DNA of 64,000 nucleotides from Eledone cirrhosa (Eukaryota). The position numbers were made by a program, and so were the translations under genes. Below the pieces are notes generated by a model, which saw nothing but the letters and a program-made list of their open reading frames with translations, was not told the origin of the DNA and made no database searches. This document shows, piece by piece, positions 45,001-56,258 of this stretch (position 1 is its first letter; each line of letters opens with the position of its first letter). The stretch spans positions 42,718,001 to 42,782,000 of the forward strand of contig OZ024755.1 of NCBI GenBank assembly GCA_964016885.1. Reading direction: 5' to 3'.

Positions 45001-48000
45001 GTAAGCTGGCAGTGGCAAGGAAGCTGTGTTGTATATAGGAAGAAGTAGTCAGACATTATGTACTAGCAGAGGCAACAGTAAGCTGGCAGTGGCCAGGAAG
45101 CTGTGTTGTATATAGGAAGAAGTAGTCAGACATTATGTACTAATAGAGGGAACAGTAAGCTGGCAGTGGCTAGGAAGCTGTGTTGTATATAGGAAGAAGT
45201 AGTCAGACATTATGTACTAGCAGAGGGAACAGTAAGGTGGCAGTGGCAAGGAAGCTGTGTTGTGTATAGGAAGAAGTAGTCAGACATTATGTACTAGCAG
45301 AGGGAACAGTAAGCTGTGTTGTGTATAGGAAGAAGTAGTGAGACACTATGTACTAGCAGAGGGAACAGTAAGTTGGCAGTGGCAAGGAAGCTGTGTTGTG
45401 TATAGGAAGAACTAGTCAGACACTATGTACTAACAGAGGGAACAGTAAGCCGGCAGTGGCAAGGAAGCTGTGTTGTGTATAGGAAGAAGTAGTCAGACAC
45501 TATGTACTAACAGATGGAAGAGTAAGCTAGCAGTGGCAAGGAAGCTGTGTTGTGTATAGGAAGAAGTAGTCAGTCACTATGTACTAGTAGAGGGAGCAGT
45601 AAACTGGTAGTGGCCAGGAAGCTGTGTTGTGTATAGGAAGAAGTAGTCAGACATTATGTACTAGCAGAGGGAACAGTAAGCTGGCAGTGGCAAGGAAGCT
45701 GTGTTGTGTATAGGAAGAAGTAGTCAGACACTATGTACTAGCAGAGGGAACAGTAAGCTGGCAGTGGCAAGGAAGCTGTGTTGTGTATAGGAAGAAGTAG
45801 TCAGACACTATGTACTAACAGATGGAAGAGTAAGCTAGCAGTGGCAAGGAAGCTGTGTTGTGTATAGGAAGAAGTAGTCAGTCACTATCTACTAGCAGAG
45901 GGAACAGTAAGTTGGCAGTGGCAAGGAAGCTGTGTTGTATATAGGAAGATGTAGTCAAACATTATGTACTAGAAGAGGGAACAGTAAGCTGGCAGTGGCA
46001 AGGAAGCTGTGTTGTGTACAGGAAGAAGTAGTCAGACACTATGTACTAGCAGAGGGAACAGTAAGCTGGCAGTGGGCAGGAAGCTGTGTTGTGTATAGGA
46101 AGAAGTAGTCAGACACTATGTACTAGCAGAGGGAACAGTAAGCTGGCAGTGGCAAGGAAGCTGTGTTGTGTATAGGAAGAAGTAGTCAGACATTATGTAC
46201 TAGCAGAGGGAACAGTAAGCTGGCAGTGGCCAGGAAGCTGTGTTGCGTATAGGAAGAAGTAGTCAGACATTATGTACTAGCAGAGGGAGCAGTAAGCTGT
46301 GTTGTGTATAGGAAGAAGTAGTCAGACATTATGTACTAGCAGAGGGAGCAGTAAGCTTGCAGTGGCAAGGAAGCTGTGTTGTGTATAGGAAGAAGTAGTC
46401 AGACATTATGTACTAGCAGAGGGAGCAGTAAGCTAGCAGTGGCAAGGAAGCTGTGTTGTGTATAGGAAGAAGTAGTCAGACATTATGTACTAGCAGAGAG
46501 AACAGTACGCTGGCAGTGGCAAGGAAGCTGTGTTGTGTATAAGAAGAAGTAGTCAGACACTATGTACAAGTAGAGGGAGGAGTAAGCTGGCAGTTGCAAG
46601 GAAGCTGTGTTGTGTATAGGAAGAAGTAGTCAGACATTATGTACTAGCAGAGGGAGCAGTAAGCTGGCAGTGGCAAGGAAGCTGTGTTGTATATAGGAAG
46701 AAGTAGTCAGACACTATGTACTAGTAGAGGGAGCAGTAAGCTGGCAGTGGCAAGGAAGCTGTGTTGTATATAGGAAGAAGTAGTCAGACATTATGTACTA
46801 GTAGAGGGAACAGTAAACTGGTAGTGGCAAGGAAGCTGTGTTGTGTATAGGAAGAAGTACTCAGACACTATGTACTAGTAGAGGGAGCAGTAAACTGACA
46901 GTGGCAAGGAAGCTGTGTTGTGTATAGGAAGAAGTAGTCAGACACTATGTACTAGCAGAGGGAGCAGTAAGCTGGCAGTGGCAAGGAAGCTGTGTTGTAT
47001 ATAGGAAGAAGTAGTCAGACACTATGTACTAACAGATGGAACAGTAAGCTAGCAGTGGCAAGGAAGCTGTGTTGTATATAGGAAGAAGTAGTCAGACACT
47101 ATGTACTAACAGAGGGAACAGTAAGCTGGCAGTGGCAAGGAAGCTGTGTTGTGTATAGGAAGAAGTAGTGAGACATTATGTACTAGTAGTGGGAACATTA
47201 ATCTGGCAGTGGCCAGGAAGCTGTGTTGTGTATAGGAAGAAGTAGTCAGTCACTATGTACTAGCAGAGGGAACAGTAAGCTGGCAGTGGCAAGGAAGCTG
47301 TGTTGTGTATAGGAAGAAGTAGTCAGACATTATGTACTAGTAGAGGGAACATTAATCTGGCAGTGGCAAGGAAGCTGTGTTGTGTATAGGAAGAAGTAGT
47401 CAGACATTATGTACTAGCAGAGGGAACAGTAAGCTGGCAGTGGCAAGGAAGCTGTGTTGTGTATAGGAAGAAGTAGTCAGACACTATGTACTAGTAGAGG
47501 GAGCAGTAAGCTGGCTGTGGCAAGGAAGCTGTGTTGTATATAGGAAGAAGTAGTCAAACATTATGTACTAGTAGAGGGAACTGTAAACTGGTAGTGGCAA
47601 GGAAGCTGTGTTGTGTATAGGAAGAAGTAGTCAGACACTATGTACTAGCAGAGGGAACAGTAAGCTGGCAGTGGCAAGGAAGCTGTGTTGTGTATAGGAA
47701 GAAGTAGTCAGACACTATTTACTAGTAGAGGGAACAGTAAGCTGGCAGTGGCAAGGAAGCTGTGTTGTGTATAGGAAGAAGTAGTGAGACATTATGTACT
47801 AGTAGAGGGAACATTAATCTGGCAGTGGCCAGGAAGCTGTGTTGTGTATAGGAAGAAGTAGTCAGTCACTATGTACTAGCAGAGGGAACAGTAAGCTGGC
47901 AGTGGCAAGGAAGCTGTGTTGTGTATAGGAAGAAGTAGTCAGACATTATGTACTAGTAGAGGGAACATTAATCTGGCAGTGGCCAGGAAGCTGTGTTGTG

Positions 48001-50806
48001 TATAGGAAGAAGTAGTCAGACATTATGTACTAGTAGAGGGAGCAGTAAGCTGGCAGTGGCAAGGAAGCTGTGTTGTATATAGGAAGAAGTAGTCAGACAT
48101 TATGTACTAGTAGAGGGAACAGTAAACTGGTAGTGGCAAGGAAGCTGTGTTGTGTATAGGAAGAAGTAGTCAGACATTATGTACTAGCAGAGGGAACAGT
48201 AAGCTGGCAGTGGCAAGGAAGCTGTGTTGTGTATAGGAAGAAGTAGTCAGACACTATGTACTAGTAGAGGGAGCAGTAAGCTGGCAGTGGCAAGGAAGCT
48301 GTGTTGTATATAGGAAGAAGTAGTCAAACATTATGTACTAGTAGAGGGAACTGTAAACTGGTAGTGGCAAGGAAGCTGTGTTGTGTATAGGAAGAAGTAG
48401 TCAGACACTATGTACTAGCAGAGGGAACAGTAAGCTGGCAGTGGCAAGGAAGCTGTGTTGTGTATAGGAAGAAGTAGTCAGACACTATTTACTAGTAGAG
48501 GGAACAGTAAGCTGGCAGTGGCAAGGAAGCTGTGTTGTGTATAGGAAGAAGTAGTCAGACACTATGTACTAGCAGAGGGAACAGTAAGCTGGCAGTGGCC
48601 AGGAAGCTGTTTTATGTATAGGAAGAAGTAGTCAGACATTATGTACTAGCAGAGGCAACAGTCAGCTGGCAGTGGCAAGGAAGCTGTGTTGTGTATAGGA
48701 AGAAGTAGTCAGACATTATGTACTAGTAGAGGGAGCAGTAAGGTGGCAGTGGCAAGGAAGCTGTATTGTGTATAGGAAGAAGTAGTCAGACATTATGTAC
48801 TAGTAGAGGGAGCAGTAACCCGGCAGTGGCAAGGAAGCTGTGTTGTATATAAGAAGAAGTAGTCAGACACTATGTACTAGCAGAGGGAACAGTAAGTTGG
48901 TAGTGGCCAGGAAGCTGTGTTGTATATAAGAAGAAGTAGTCGGACATTATGTAATAGCAGAGGGAACAGTAAGCTGGTAGTGACAAGGAAGCTGTTTTAT
49001 GTATAGGAAGAAGTAGTCAGACATTATGTACTAGCAGAGGCAACAGTCAGCTGGCAGTGGCAAGGAAGCTGTGTTGTGTATAGGAAGAAATAGTCAGACA
49101 CTATGTACTAGCAGAGGGAACAGTAAGCTGGCAGTGGCAAGGAAGCTGTGTTGTGTATAGGAAGAAGTAGTCAGACACTATGTACTAGCAGAGGGAGCAG
49201 TAAGCTGGCCGTGGCAAGGAAGCTGTGTTGTGTATAGGAAGAAGTAGTCAGACATTATGTACTAGTAGAGGGAACAGTAAGCTGTGTTGTGTATAGGAAG
49301 AAGTAGTCAGACACTATGTACTAGCAGAGGGAACAGTAAGCTGGCAGTGGCAAGGAAGCTGTGTTGTATATAGGAAGAAGTAGTCAGACATTATGTACTA
49401 ATAGAGGGAACAGTAAGCTGGCAGTGGCCAGGAAGCTGTGTTGTATATAGGAAGAAGTAGTCAGACATTATGTACTAGCAGAGGGAACAGTAAGGTGGCA
49501 GTGGCAAGGAAGCTGTGTTGTGTATAGGAAGAAGTAGTCAGACATTATGTACTAGCAGAGGGAACAGTAAGCTGTGTTGTGTATAGGAAGAAGTAGTGAG
49601 ACACTATGTACTAGCAGAGGGAACAGTAAGTTGGCAGTGGCAAGGAAGCTGTGTTGTGTATAGGAAGAAGTAGTCAGACACTATGTACTAACAGAGGGAA
49701 CAGTAAGCCGGCAGTGGCAAGGAAGCTGTGTTGTATATAGGAAGAAGTAGTGAGACACTATGTACTAGCAGAGGGAACAGTAAGTTGGCAGTGGCAAGGA
49801 AGCTGTGTTGTGTATAGGAAGAAGTAGTCAGACACTATGTACTAGTAGAGGGAGCAGTAAACTGGTAGTGGCCAGGAAGCTGTGTTGTGTATAGGAAGAA
49901 GTAGTCAGACATTATGTACTAGCAGAGGGAACAGTAAGCTGGCAGTGGCAAGGAAGCTGTGTTGTGTATAGGAAGAAGTAGTCAGACACTATGTACTAAC
50001 AGATGGAAGAGTAAGCTAGCAGTGGCAAGGAAGCTGTGTTGTGTATAGGAAGAAGTAGTCAGTCACTAGGTACTAGAAGAGGGAGCAGTAAGCTGGCAGT
50101 GGCAAGGAAGCTGTGTTGTATATAGGAAGATGTAGTCAGACACTATATACTAGCAGAGGGAACAGTAAGCTGGCAGTGGCCAAGAAGCTGTGTTGTGTAT
50201 GGGAAGAAGTAGTCAGACACTACGTACTAGCAGAGGGAACAGTAAGCTGGCAGTGGCCAGGAAGCTGTGTTGTGTATAGGAAGAAGTAGTCAGACACTAT
50301 GTACTAGCAGATGGAGCAGTAAGCTTGCAGTGGCAAGGAAGCTGTGTTGTGTATAGGAAGAAGTAGTCAGACATTATGTACTAGCAGAGGGAGCAGTAAG
50401 CTAGCAGTGGCAAGGAAGCTGTGTTGTGTATAGGAAGAAGTAGTCAGACATTATGTACTAGCAGAGGGAGCAGTAAGCTAGCAGTGGCAAGGAAGCTGTG
50501 TTGTGTATAGGAAGAAGTAGTCAGACATTATGTACTAGCAGAGGGAGAGTAAGCTGTGTTGTGTATAGGAAGAAGTAGTCAGACATTATGTACTAGTAGA
50601 GGGAGCAGTAAGCTGGCAGTGGCAAAGAAGCTGTGTTGTCTATAGGAAGAAGTAGTCAGACACTATGTACTAGCAGAGGGAACAGTAAGCTGGCAGTGGC
50701 AAGGAAGCTGTGTTGTATATAGGAAGAAGTAGTCAGACACTATGTACTAGCAGAGGGAGCTGTAAGCTGGCAGTGACAAGGAAGCTGTGTTGTGTATAGG
50801 AAGAAG
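1..50806. repeat. 77-bp satellite DNA array, roughly 660-670 monomers, open at the left window edge
   Basis: Consensus GGCAGTGGCAAGGAAGCTGTGTTGTGTATAGGAAGAAGTAGTCAGACA(T/C)TATGTACTAGCAGAGGGA(A/G)CAGTAAGCT repeats head-to-tail in one orientation, interspersed with 59-bp variants. No ORF of 60 aa or more is listed in the track. The array ends abruptly at ...ATAGGAAGAAG|CAAGTG. Confidence 0.99.
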
Positions 50807-50899
50807 CAAGTGACAGAGTGTGGTGCCAATGGAAGAATTGTTGTCAGGCCCTTGTCGAGAGGGACAGAGTTTTTTGCTAAGTACTACATCTTTTCCTCA

Positions 50900-51103
50900 T
50901 GTCACCAGCACGACAACCTTACAAGGTAGACTGAGTGCCTTTTGTATTGTCACCAACACGATCACCTTACAGTATAGACTGGGTGCTTTTTGTAGTGTCA
51001 CCAACAACATCACCTTACAAGGTAGACTGAGTGCTTTTTGTCGTGTCACCAACCCGATCACCTTACAGGATAGACAGGGTGGAATTAGTGCGTTTTTGTC
51101 GTG
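50900..51103. repeat. 48-bp minisatellite, about 4 diverged copies
   Basis: GTCACC recurs at 50901, 50949, 50997 and 51045. The unit is approximately GTCACCAACACGATCACCTTACAAGGTAGACTGAGTGCTTTTTGTAGT. This explains the 16-aa periodicity of ORF 50820..51104. Confidence 0.93.
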
Positions 51104-51311
51104 ACAACGGCATTGTGGGAAATCAGATGTATAGGTGGGTTGAGCAGGAGAGGTGTATCAGGGGAAGTAAGCATGTATGTGGAACATTTTGCAGTAGGAG
51201 TGGACAAATACGGTATACTGTGTTACATAAAGTACTGCTCAGTTGTGTTATCAGCAAAGATGACCACCCACAACAACCCCTAAGAAAACTATTATTTTGT
51301 TTACAACTAAA

Positions 51312-51680
51312 AGTATCCTGAATAAAAACAAGGAAGAGCTACAAAGACTGGTTGAACATCAGCGATTAACAATGTGCAATGAAAATCAGCTTAGGGGAAA
51401 CAGAAATTATATAAGTAGGACCTACTCTTGAAAATATGGGTTTTATGATCAACGAACAATTGTTTCAGCAAATCACCGAGTTGATACGATCAGGGAGAAT
51501 CTTTAGTGAGGAAGGGAAACTGGACAGAGAAATAGACTAGATCCAGAAGACAAACTCAGCCATGAACTAGTTAGAACCTCTCCTAAAGAACCCCAACATA
51601 ACTATGAGGACTAAAGCTAGTGTGATCAACTGAACCTTTATTCACACGCTCACCAACTTGTGTAACACCTTGACTCTGAG
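51312..51680 (+). mobile_element. Degenerate RTE-like non-LTR retrotransposon fragment (RT C-terminal/thumb region)
   Basis: Manual translation across a frameshift and stops gives ILNKNKEELQRLVE / MKISLGETEII*VG...INEQLFQQITELIRSGRIFSEEGKLDREID*IQKTNSAMN*LEPLLKNPNITMRTKASVIN*TFIHTLTNLCNTLTL. This fits the RTE pattern ELQ..MKIS..KTE.M..QV.EFKYLG......D.EI..RI.KA...K..L....IPTL.Y.C.TW. Confidence 0.8.
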
Positions 51681-52243
51681 TAACACCATACCCTGGAAGA
51701 TGTCTCCAGTGAGCAGCTGGTGAAACCAAGATTAGAATGGTAGACATGAGACATGGTTGGTGCCTACCATTCCATTCATAGCTCAACTGTCACCTGATAC
51801 CACATGTCAGCAAACTCTGCGGACCTATAACACAAATCATTTGTCTTTTGACGGAATCACGCAGACACCCGCCACTATCACAGGTATTACCAGACACACT
51901 CCACACCTGACTGTAGATTTAGGTCGATTGACAATGGAAAATGTTTACATATTTGTCCGATCCACTGGATTCATTGCGAATATACAGATTAGGGAAAGGA
52001 TTATGATTGATGTTAGTATTAAAGTTACGGTTTCCTCATCGGCTCGTATATACACACATTATATATAGTGTGTAGGCAGTACGGGGAAATACTAGTGTGG
52101 TACCAAATCAAGCACTAGAATAAAAAAAAAGAGTAAGTTTTGTTTGCATATGAAAAATATTTATTGCGTATCGACCTGTTACGTGCGTTTCGCAGAGGAA
52201 TGGCTCAAGGTGACCCATAGGAAATATGTGCATAGAGTGCTTG

Positions 52244-52246
<3 letters not shown>

Positions 52247-52280
<34 letters not shown>
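52247..52280. repeat. (TA)n microsatellite
   Basis: About 17 TA units seen directly. Confidence 0.97.
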
Positions 52281-52284
<4 letters not shown>

Positions 52285-52384
52285 TACTAGAATAAACAAC
52301 CAAATTCTTGAAAAAATATTTATTTGTTTATAATTGTTTGAAAGGACAAAATCACAATTTGATCCATAAGATCGAGACTGGGCC

Positions 52385-52425
52385 ACTACCAGTATCGCGA
52401 GGAGCACTTGGAAAACGTTCTAATG
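52385..52425 (-). mobile_element. Short inverted fragment of the CRE-like LINE 3' UTR
   Basis: The reverse complement TCATTAGAACGTTTTCCAAGTGCTCCTCGCGATA shares GTGCTCCTCGCGATA with 52692-52706 and resembles the stop/UTR junctions at 53274 and 55121. Confidence 0.5.
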
Positions 52426-52675
52426 ATTTCTGGCCTCAAAACTCATTAGTCCTTTAATATTTAAACCGGCCATATCAGCCAGAATTCTCTCACCTGTTTC
52501 GGCTCAAACTGGCCGTAGCTGGTCACATATAGGAATCTTAATGGTATTTTCCTAAAAAAAAAATAACATAAAAATCTCATAGATTCAATATCATGTGAGA
52601 TAATTATGTAAGATAAAGGGTTTACCATTAAAATACAATACAATAGTAAATATAGAGTAATGTAAATGCTAAAGG

Positions 52676-52772
52676 GTTAGAGAGGTTCCCTGTGCTCCTC
52701 GCGATATTATCCTCTGGTGGTCGCTCGGTTGTCCATCTTCCCTTTATATGTGCTTTCATTCTGTAAGCATTG
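52676..52772 (+). mobile_element. CRE-like LINE 3' UTR fragment
   Basis: TTAGAGAGGTTCCCTGTGCTC...CTCTGGTGGTCGCTCGGTTGTCCATCTTCCCTTTA aligns by eye with the post-stop sequence at 53276-53351. Confidence 0.6.
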
Positions 52773-52773
52773 T

Positions 52774-52983
52774 ATAATTGTTTCTACTTTGGGCACAAGG
52801 CCAGCAATTACTCAGTACATTACTGGTACTTTATTTTATCGACCCCGTAAGGATGAAAGGCAAAGTGAACCTCGGCGGGATTTGAGGTTCACTTTGCCTT
52901 TCATCCTTACGGGGTCGATAAAATAAAATACCAGTAATGTACTTAGTAATTGCTGGCCTTGTGCCAATAGTATAAACAATTAT
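52774..52983. repeat. Palindrome of two inverted partial SINE copies (100-bp arms, 10-nt loop)
   Basis: 52774-52873 is the reverse complement of 52884-52983 with 5 mismatches, around the loop GGCGGGATTT. The arm contains TTTATCGACCCCGTAAGGATGAAAGGCAAAGT, which is also present in the SINE copy at 60.4 kb. Confidence 0.93.
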
Positions 52984-53204
52984 TATATTTCTATTTCTTT
53001 TTATTTATAACGTTATTATTATTATTAATTTTTTTTTGTAATTTGAATAAAATATCACTTGTAGATTGAGACCTATCGATATATGAATCAATAGGCCTAG
53101 GTATTGAGGAAACTAGAAAAAACATGAAACACATAGCAGACCCCTTAACAAAAGAAGAACCACGTTCTCTTGCTTTCGCCGCACGCTTGTCTTGCATATT
53201 GTAC

Positions 53205-53370
53205 GTATTCCAGCGCATTAGCCTGGCCATCACCCGAGGTAACACTGCCAGTGTGCTGGCTTGCATCAAAACTCATTAGAGAGGTTGCCAGGTACTCTTG
53301 GCTGCTGTCTTTTGCTCTGGTGTTGGGCTCCGTTGTTCAACCCTTCCTTTACATTGCAACATTAAAGGAA
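53205..53370 (+). mobile_element. 5'-truncated CRE-like LINE 3' end
   Basis: Translates FQRISLAITRGNTASVLACIKTH*, the FQRxSxAxxRGNA C-terminal motif of CRE-clade elements. It is followed by UTR and ATTAAA at 53361 and is homologous to 55052-55125. Confidence 0.8.
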
Positions 53371-54511
53371 TATATCTTTCTGGAAGAATCGCGAGCTATT
53401 TATAATGTTGTCTAAGCATTTGTAATGTTATTTATGTATATATTTAAAATATATTTGGTATGTTATTCTACTGTATATTTATTTATATGCTCTATTCTGA
53501 AAGAATTGCAAACGATTTGTAATGTTATTTATAATGTTATTAAAATATTTGTAGGTATTGAGCACATTACCATCTACTGGCTTATAATTCTCATAAATTA
53601 ATCTCTAATCTCTCCTTCTTAATTGGATTGTACACTTACATTTGATATAGATATTGGCGGAGTATGCCAAGTGAATTCAGTGAATTGGACGCGATATTTT
53701 GATTGCAGATCTATTGTCAATAATTGTTCACCTCTTGTCGTGGCATTTCAATAACTTTGTTACCACTAAATATATGTATATTGCTTTAATCTAACATATT
53801 TACTCGATTCTGTGTGTATGATGGATGCTCTTTTTTTATGTAAACATGTGGAAATAAGAGAGGATGAATGAAATTGCTTCTATGATAGAAAAACACGCCA
53901 CGCACACCAGCACCATTTCCGAGGGGAAAAACAATAAGAAAAAGGGTAATTTTAGCTAAGAAATTTGTGAAAATAGCATGAGAGTTATATAATATAAACA
54001 AATAACTAAATGTAAAATAGTTAACCAGTCGACTACTATAACGATAAAGATCAACTCACTTTATTCTCTCATACTTTCAATTGTGTCCGTGTCTTTCCCT
54101 GTACGGTGTAAAGGACATTTATATCCCTCGCAATAAATGTTTCCGTGTTTTATGACAGCGAGGTGGGAATACAATTTACTATTTTTATATTCTAACTCCA
54201 GCGAAGTCTTTATCTTCTACTTCCTACACAAGAATTCACTTCTCTTAAAGACAAATTTATTTAAATTTTGTCGATTTTATTAATTGACGGTTTCAACTGG
54301 TTTCCTTGGATACTAGTTTTTCGTTGTTTTCCGTGAAATTTGAAACTTCAATTCTTGTACTGCCGTCTCCCGCGTTACGGAAACTCGGGTGTATTTCAAC
54401 AATTTAAAACTTATAATTTCTTCTAAGCAAAAAGGCCGATTCTCGACCTTTTAACTAACATCAAAACGCAGTGACTCTCTTTTCGACAAGTCAAATACCC
54501 AAGTGACAGGG

Positions 54512-55320
54512 TGACCTACTCAGCTTCGTGTCACCGTTGCCCTCAGAGTGGGAGCTGACGTCTGTACGAGTCTGAAATGTCGGTGTGGTAGGCTCCTCGA
54601 CCCCACAAGCCTTCACGGTCTATCTTACCGCCTGAATACTGGTTACTTCCCGCATCACACTCAGCTAAACCTCATCATCAAGAGAGCTTTGGCCCGGGCA
54701 AACATCCCCTCAATTTTGGAACTGTCTGGGATGTCCAGAATTGATGGGAAAATACCTGACAGCTTTACACTGTATCTCTGGTAAGGAGGCAAGTGCCTTA
54801 TCTGGGACGTCACAGTTTTGTGACTCTTTTGTTTCTTCCCACACCCTGGATGCAGCGGTAAGAGCGAGAGCCACAGCTTTCGTAGCCGAACGGAATAAAA
54901 TCCTAAAATACCGTGATCTTTCGGTTAACTACATTTTCCAGCCTGTGACGTTCGAAACGTTTGTGGGAGTCGGGCTGCTGTGAGGTTCTTATCTTTACTG
55001 GCAGTTGGCCTAACAGAGGTAACTGGTGAAGCCCGTGAAGGCACTTGGCTGTTCCAGTGCATCAGCCTCGCCATCACGCGAGGTAATGCTGCGAGCGTGC
55101 TGGGTTGCCTAAAAAAAATAATTAGAAAAGTTTTCTAGTGCGATATTGTTATCTTTTGTTCTGGCAGCTGTTCGTTTGTCCACCCCTTGCCTTTTGTTGT
55201 ATGTGACCCTAGATGTGTGTATTACCTACTTGTGTGTGTGTTTTTCTTTTTTCCTTTCCCTTTTCTTTCTTTTTTTCTCTTTTTATTTGTAATATTATGT
55301 TGACAAATAAAGTTTCATTT
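54512..55320 (+). mobile_element. Degenerate CRE-clade non-LTR retrotransposon: zinc knuckle, restriction-like endonuclease and 3' UTR
   Basis: Joining track ORFs 54548..54784 and 54741..54983 across stops and frameshifts gives LRVTVALRVG..CRCG...HGLS(Y)..HTQLN.IIKRAL...DGKIPD.FTL..W*GGKCLIWDVT..D..AERNKILKY..L...YIFQPVTFETF.G...LFQCISLAITRGNAASVLG. This is a degenerate CCHC knuckle plus the PD...D..AE..K..KY endonuclease. AATAAA lies at 55306. Confidence 0.88.
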
Positions 55321-55338
55321 CTAAAACTAAAATCACGA

Positions 55339-55339
55339 T

Positions 55340-55371
<32 letters not shown>
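55339..55371. repeat. Compound (AC)n(AT)n microsatellite
   Basis: Seen directly, just after the CRE 3' end. Confidence 0.95.
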
Positions 55372-55621
55372 CATGATTTTAGTTTTACATATCCTTAACG
55401 GACGGTAGTCCGTTTAGTAATGTTGTGGTCGTGTTTTCGTTGGCAATCGTCTGTTTACGACAGTACAGCGCGGCTCTACTTTATTTAACTGAGATAAAAC
55501 TTATATGAGCATGAACAATAGATCATTACGCATCTTTTGGCTTAAAAATCTAGAAATTTGGTCCAGCGGGAAAAAGTTTATAATCAAAGTTTGCTGATAA
55601 ATCTTGTGTTCAAGTGAGTAG

Positions 55622-55763
55622 TAAGCGTGACGCTAGGGGAGGTAATCCAGAAATGACAAATTTTTTTCGGCGGAACTCTTGTGATTGTGATTACGTTAGA
55701 CAAATGTAGTCAAATCGCCGAATCCCCTCCTCCTAATTGACTACGTCATTTCTGAACGGCCCT
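55622..55763. mobile_element. Possible DNA transposon/MITE terminus fragment
   Basis: The reverse complement of the right end is AGGGCCGTTCAGAAATGACGTAGTC...GGAGGAGGGG. It resembles the GGGGCCGTTCATAAATGACGT-type terminal repeats common in invertebrate MITEs (from recall). No partner TIR was found. Confidence 0.35.
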
Positions 55764-55929
55764 ACTTGCGTCAGTGTGAAACATTACTTCACTTTTCACT
55801 GCTAAAATGCTTTTTAAATACTTCGTTAAAAATTTATGTTTATTATCAAAGCTATTTTTTGTACCAATCTATCAATAGTTTTCGAAAATATAGGTAAACA
55901 TGTGAGTTAAATTTTTTTTAATCGCATCG

Positions 55930-56032
55930 ATCGCTTTGTCGCACCGACTGTGACACTGTCTGACTGACACCTTTGTCGGACCGACACCTTTGTTCAAGCG
56001 GACAACTTTGTGTCACTGACACCTTTGTTCGT
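55930..56032. repeat. Cluster of short direct repeats (GACACCTTTGT)
   Basis: GACACCTTTGT occurs at ~55965, 55983 and 56018, with variant GACAACTTTGT at ~56001 and CTTTGTCG at ~55933. Confidence 0.75.
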
Positions 56033-56198
56033 GCCGGCATCTCTGCGAAACACCGATGACAACAACCAGACCAAAATTTCACTTCATTCTTCATTCTTCT
56101 TCAAGACCGATCGCCGACCGATCGTATCGGTTGCTCTTCATATACCAGGTATTCAACAGATAGTTTGCACTTCTAGTATTATTAACAGTCATGCGATT

Positions 56199-56258
56199 TT
56201 TTGTACCGATAGGTGCGAATAGTGCGCTATACTTTTGTACCGATAGGTGCGAATAGTG
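56199..56258. repeat. Tandem duplication of a 26-bp motif (34-bp period) upstream of the SGNH gene
   Basis: TTTTGTACCGATAGGTGCGAATAGTG at 56199 and 56233. Confidence 0.85.

Noticed and set aside
1-50806. CRISPR array or coding repeat
   Set aside because: There are no unique spacers, the whole unit repeats, no cas genes are present, and no ORF of 60 aa or more is listed.
50820-51321. ORFs of 94, 96 and 60 aa
   Set aside because: They have non-ATG starts. The first is a read-through of the 48-bp minisatellite and the others show no recognisable motif.
54548-54983. Two separate small genes
   Set aside because: They are frameshifted pieces of one dead CRE-like ORF.
55397-55420. Hairpin AACGGAC-GGTA-GTCCGTT followed by TAGT as a Helitron 3' end
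   Set aside because: The stem is only 7 bp, there is no CTRR at the expected spacing, and no 5' end was identified.
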